Made by a program: the position numbers and the translations under genes
The notes under the pieces: model-generated
Databases searched by the model: none
What the model was told of the DNA's origin: nothing
What the model saw: the letters and a program-made list of their open reading frames with translations, nothing else
Part shown: positions 26,706 to 29,305 of the stretch, piece by piece
Layout: each line of letters begins with the position of its first letter
How positions within the stretch are numbered: position 1 is the first letter of the stretch
Origin: an uncultured Eubacteriales bacterium
Lineage (GTDB): Bacteria; Bacillota; JAAYKD01
Length of the DNA: 29,305 bases
Reading direction: 5' to 3'
Assembly: GCA_964484445.1 (NCBI GenBank)
Contig: CAZAFY010000001.1
Coordinates: forward strand, 1-29,305

Positions 26706-27176
26706 TTATAGAGTTTGAAGTTGGTCCAAAATCTCAAAGATCTCTTCACTCTCGGGAATATCTTGCATCGAATTACCGTAGTGAGCAAAGCGAAGGACCC
26801 CTTGCTTATCGATCAACATTTGAGCAGGCATCCGACCTAATTTTAGCAATTTGACTTCTTGACCATAAAGATTCAGAACCTGTTTTTGCTCGTCGGGTAA
26901 GCCGATGAAGGGGAGTTGGTTCTTCTCCCAGTAGTTTTTAAAAGCGGAGGCATTTTCGGGGCCAAGCACAACAATGACGGTATCTCTTTTAGTAAATTGC
27001 TCGAATTCTTGACGCAACTGCGCCATATGCTTTTGGCAAAAGGGTCAGATAAATCCCCGGTTAAACACCACTAAGATATGGGACTTCCCTTGGTACTTTG
27101 AGAGTTCAAATAATTCTCCGTTGAAATCGGGTAAAGAAAAGTTTGGGGCCTGCATGTTTACGTCTAATCTTGCCAT
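26706..27176 (-). CDS. Peroxiredoxin-like (AhpC/TSA, PRX_like2) protein, probable selenoprotein with UxxC (TGA 27047-27045 = Sec44; 156 aa)
   Basis: AGGAG RBS before ATG 27176; MARLDVNMQAPNFSLPDFNG..FELSKYQGK.HILVVFNRGFI-[TGA]-PFCQKHMAQ... is in frame with ORF 26706-27026. The TGA is the first position of the CxxC motif. Confidence 0.88.
27010..27025 (-). promoter_or_regulatory. Candidate bacterial SECIS
   Basis: Minus strand UGGCGC-AGUU-GCGUCA; the apical loop starts 26 nt after UGA and has G as its second base followed by U. Confidence 0.65.
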
Positions 27177-27187
27177 ACCATTCACTC

Positions 27188-27637
27188 CTAACTTTTTTCT
27201 GGTTCCTCGTTTTTTGCAACGATTTGATTCAAGGATGCACTGATCGGTTCACGGGTGAATTCTTGTCCGACCAGTTCCTGGATCACAATTTCACCTACGA
27301 AGAGGATTCTGCTTTCTTCTAAATGCCCAGCTACGGCTTGTTTATCATCGGATACAACAACGTGAACATGCGGCTGCCCCTCGGCAATAAATCCTTGGAG
27401 TGCGACCACCTCTAAAGGCACATCATTCCATTCCGGATATACGAAGACCGGAGGTTGACTGACATTGATCGCTGTTTTCAAGCGACAATGATCGAAACTG
27501 GCAATTCCGGAAGCAATATAGCCGTTTTTTAGATCAGCTTGATCGATCACTAAACGTAGACTCTCCATAACATAATCTCCCGGGTTTAGTCGAACTACTA
27601 TGGTACGACCCGGTTTAGCTTGGTCATAAAATTTCAT
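27188..27637 (-). CDS. DUF296 / PPC-domain protein
   Basis: IVVRLNPGD, ASGIASF, LEVVALQGFI, PHVHVVVSD...VAGHL, EIVI. Start ATG 27637 (AGGAGG 8 nt upstream). Confidence 0.85.
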   Translation of the reverse strand: MKFYDQAKPGRTIVVRLNPGDYVMESLRLVIDQADLKNGYIASGIASFDHCRLKTAINVSQPPVFVYPEWNDVPLEVVALQGFIAEGQPHVHVVVSDDKQAVAGHLEESRILFVGEIVIQELVGQEFTREPISASLNQIVAKNEEPEKS

Positions 27638-27660
27638 ATGCAACACCTCCTTGTTTTAAT

Positions 27661-28986
27661 TCAATAACTAACGTTTTTTCCCCTTCTTGTCGTAATAGCA
27701 ACTTTCAAAATCCCCAAAATCGGCAGTAACCAAAGATAAATCGCCCAAGGAATGGCGGCATAAGATGCGCCCAATAAACTCAACGGTATCGCGCAAGCGG
27801 TGTTCCAAGGAATTAACCCGGCAATCGTGACCGTGGTGTTAGACATATCGAGCATCATTTGTGTATCCGACAAGTTTCTTCTCACATAGAGAGGTTTGAT
27901 CAATTGTGCTTCTAAAATCAATGATAAGGTTTGATTACAAGCAATCGCCGAAACCGGTACGCTGGTCAAGGCCATCACTGGGAACACTCCAATGCTTTGC
28001 GCCCAAATCTCCAGCCTTTTCCAGAGATCCGAGAGCATGTTGGTCCCTTTGAGGATACCGGAAAAAGTGGCTGAGATTAGTATAATTAGAATCGCGTTTT
28101 TCATACTCCACATACCGCCACCTTGAAACATTTTCAAAGCAATATTTTCGGTGGTGTAGCCGGTGAGCAATGCTTTTAGAATTGATGACAAGGGTTGCTG
28201 TTGGATCCATGCAGCTAAAATAAACCCAATGCCAATACTTACCGCCATGGCATCTCGAATTTTTACCTTCAAAAAAGGAGCAACCAAGATGACAAACACC
28301 GGAAGCAACAACCACGGTGATAATGTCACCTGTTGTGCTATGCTTTGACTCATATTTTGAGAAGCTGCTTTCAACGGAAAAATCAAACTTAAACCTGCGT
28401 ATGTAGCGGTCACCACGGCCATGGGGAGAATGGTGTCCTTTAGCATATGTTTAACATTGTCATAAAGTTCCGTAGACGTGAGAAAAGCGACTAGATTGGC
28501 ACAGCTGGAAGCCGGGCTGGCCCGATCACCAAAATAAGCTCCAGAAACTACCGCTCCGGCCGTGATCAGCGGACTTACTCCTCCTGCTTCGGCCAAGACC
28601 ATGAGTACGACCCCGATCGTTCCGCAGGTACCAATACTAGTCCCAATCAGGTACGATACCGCCGAAGAAAGCAAAAAGGCTAACAGGATAAACGTTTTCG
28701 GGGCAATCAGTTGAATCCCATAGTAAACCAAGTAAGGTATGGTTCCGCTGATCCGCCAGATTCCGGTCATCGCACCAATCAGTAACAAAATGCGAATCAC
28801 AATGAAACTATCGCGGATGCCTCTACCCATCATCGGTACGATTTCTTTGAGAGGATGCCCTTCCCATAGTGCTGCCACAAAAAACGCAACCGCTCCAGCT
28901 GACAAGCCAAAGAGAATGCTATAACCAAAAATCACACAAAAAAAGATCGCTCCAATTAGAACCGACAACGCAAATAGAAATGGCAT
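27661..28986 (-). CDS. NhaC-family (IT superfamily) transporter
   Basis: Multi-TM protein; GTIPYL.YYG, IGTSIGT.GTIGV, GAVVSGAYFGDR.SP.S, LIPW motifs. Start ATG 28986 or TTG 29007, uncertain. Confidence 0.85.
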   Translation of the reverse strand: MPFLFALSVLIGAIFFCVIFGYSILFGLSAGAVAFFVAALWEGHPLKEIVPMMGRGIRDSFIVIRILLLIGAMTGIWRISGTIPYLVYYGIQLIAPKTFILLAFLLSSAVSYLIGTSIGTCGTIGVVLMVLAEAGGVSPLITAGAVVSGAYFGDRASPASSCANLVAFLTSTELYDNVKHMLKDTILPMAVVTATYAGLSLIFPLKAASQNMSQSIAQQVTLSPWLLLPVFVILVAPFLKVKIRDAMAVSIGIGFILAAWIQQQPLSSILKALLTGYTTENIALKMFQGGGMWSMKNAILIILISATFSGILKGTNMLSDLWKRLEIWAQSIGVFPVMALTSVPVSAIACNQTLSLILEAQLIKPLYVRRNLSDTQMMLDMSNTTVTIAGLIPWNTACAIPLSLLGASYAAIPWAIYLWLLPILGILKVAITTRRGKNVSY

Positions 28987-29103
28987 AGACTTGTCGCCTA
29001 CTTTCAAAAAAATAGCTTCTTCGTGGCATTATGGAATACTAATTGTTCATATTCTTCTAAGAATCCTTCTCTGTATCCAATTCTCACAAAATCCGTTTTT
29101 CTC

Positions 29104-29132
29104 TTGCCAATTCGCTACAAGACTCGTATAAT
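29104..29132 (+). promoter_or_regulatory. Sigma-A promoter candidate
   Basis: TTGCCA-17 nt-TATAAT. Confidence 0.7.
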
Positions 29133-29180
29133 GATGAGGACGGATTCATTCCGATTATCATTTTTTGAGGAGGAATCACC

Positions 29181-29305
29181 ATGTTGTTAACCGATGTCTT
29201 TACCCCTTCTCGCTTTACATCTGAGGGCAGTATCATGCTCCGCGGTGTAAAAGTTCCTTATCACACCGTTTGCGAGGACAATGTGTTCTATGCCGACGAT
29301 GGCAA
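29181..29305 (+). CDS. Partial CDS (right edge); weak resemblance to the N-terminus of bacterial S10 serine carboxypeptidases
   Basis: GAGGAGG RBS; MLLTDVFTPSRFTSEGSIMLRGVKVPYHTVCEDNVFYADDG, open to the window end. Product is a guess from about 41 aa. Confidence 0.5.
   Translation, partial: MLLTDVFTPSRFTSEGSIMLRGVKVPYHTVCEDNVFYADDG

Noticed and set aside
26706-27026. 106-aa protein as listed in the ORF track
   Set aside because: It starts downstream of the UxxC motif and has no good RBS; it is the 3' part of the 27176-26706 gene.
29008-29180. Riboswitch or T-box upstream of the NhaC-family transporter
   Set aside because: No T-box, SAM, lysine or purine riboswitch motif or leader terminator is recognisable by eye; an Infernal/Rfam scan would settle it.
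1-29305. CRISPR arrays, tRNA/rRNA, IS elements, prophage or defence genes
   Set aside because: No regularly spaced repeats, RNA-gene signatures, or transposase/integrase motifs were seen; nearly all sequence is explained by CDSs and short intergenic regions.

Overview
Bacterial chromosomal window, most likely from an anaerobic Bacillota member (near-consensus sigma-A promoters, AGGAGG ribosome-binding sites, PyrR, Rex and NiaR-type elements, [FeFe]-hydrogenase). No rRNA, tRNA, CRISPR array, IS element or prophage gene was seen. Gene order: (-) PyrR-attenuated pyrB-pyrC-carA-carB (carB runs off the left edge); (+) rubrerythrin; (+) SanA-like protein; (+) hydC-hydB-hydA trimeric NAD-linked [FeFe]-hydrogenase with candidate Rex boxes; (-) LysR and SAM methyltransferase, divergent from (+) an adenylosuccinate-synthetase paralog with an altered IMP pocket; (+) OsmC-family gene; (-) DAK2-DegV fusion, DUF1295, DUF2177; (+) ABC exporter; (-) M20 amidohydrolase; (-) niaR-nadA-nadC without nadB; (+) PrcB-domain lipoprotein; (-) PhzF-like; (-) five-gene operon (NhaC-family transporter, DUF296/PPC, peroxiredoxin-like protein, amidohydrolase, cupin); (+) a partial CDS at the right edge. 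Best leads: (1) two genes that the ORF track truncates because each has an in-frame TGA exactly at the catalytic Cys position followed by a hairpin, i.e. probable selenoproteins (OsmC-like U43; peroxiredoxin-like U44xxC); (2) the PurA paralog with IMP-pocket substitutions next to LysR; (3) the five-gene operon, whose amidohydrolase lacks the deaminase catalytic Glu. Product names come from recognised motifs only; no database search or folding program was run.
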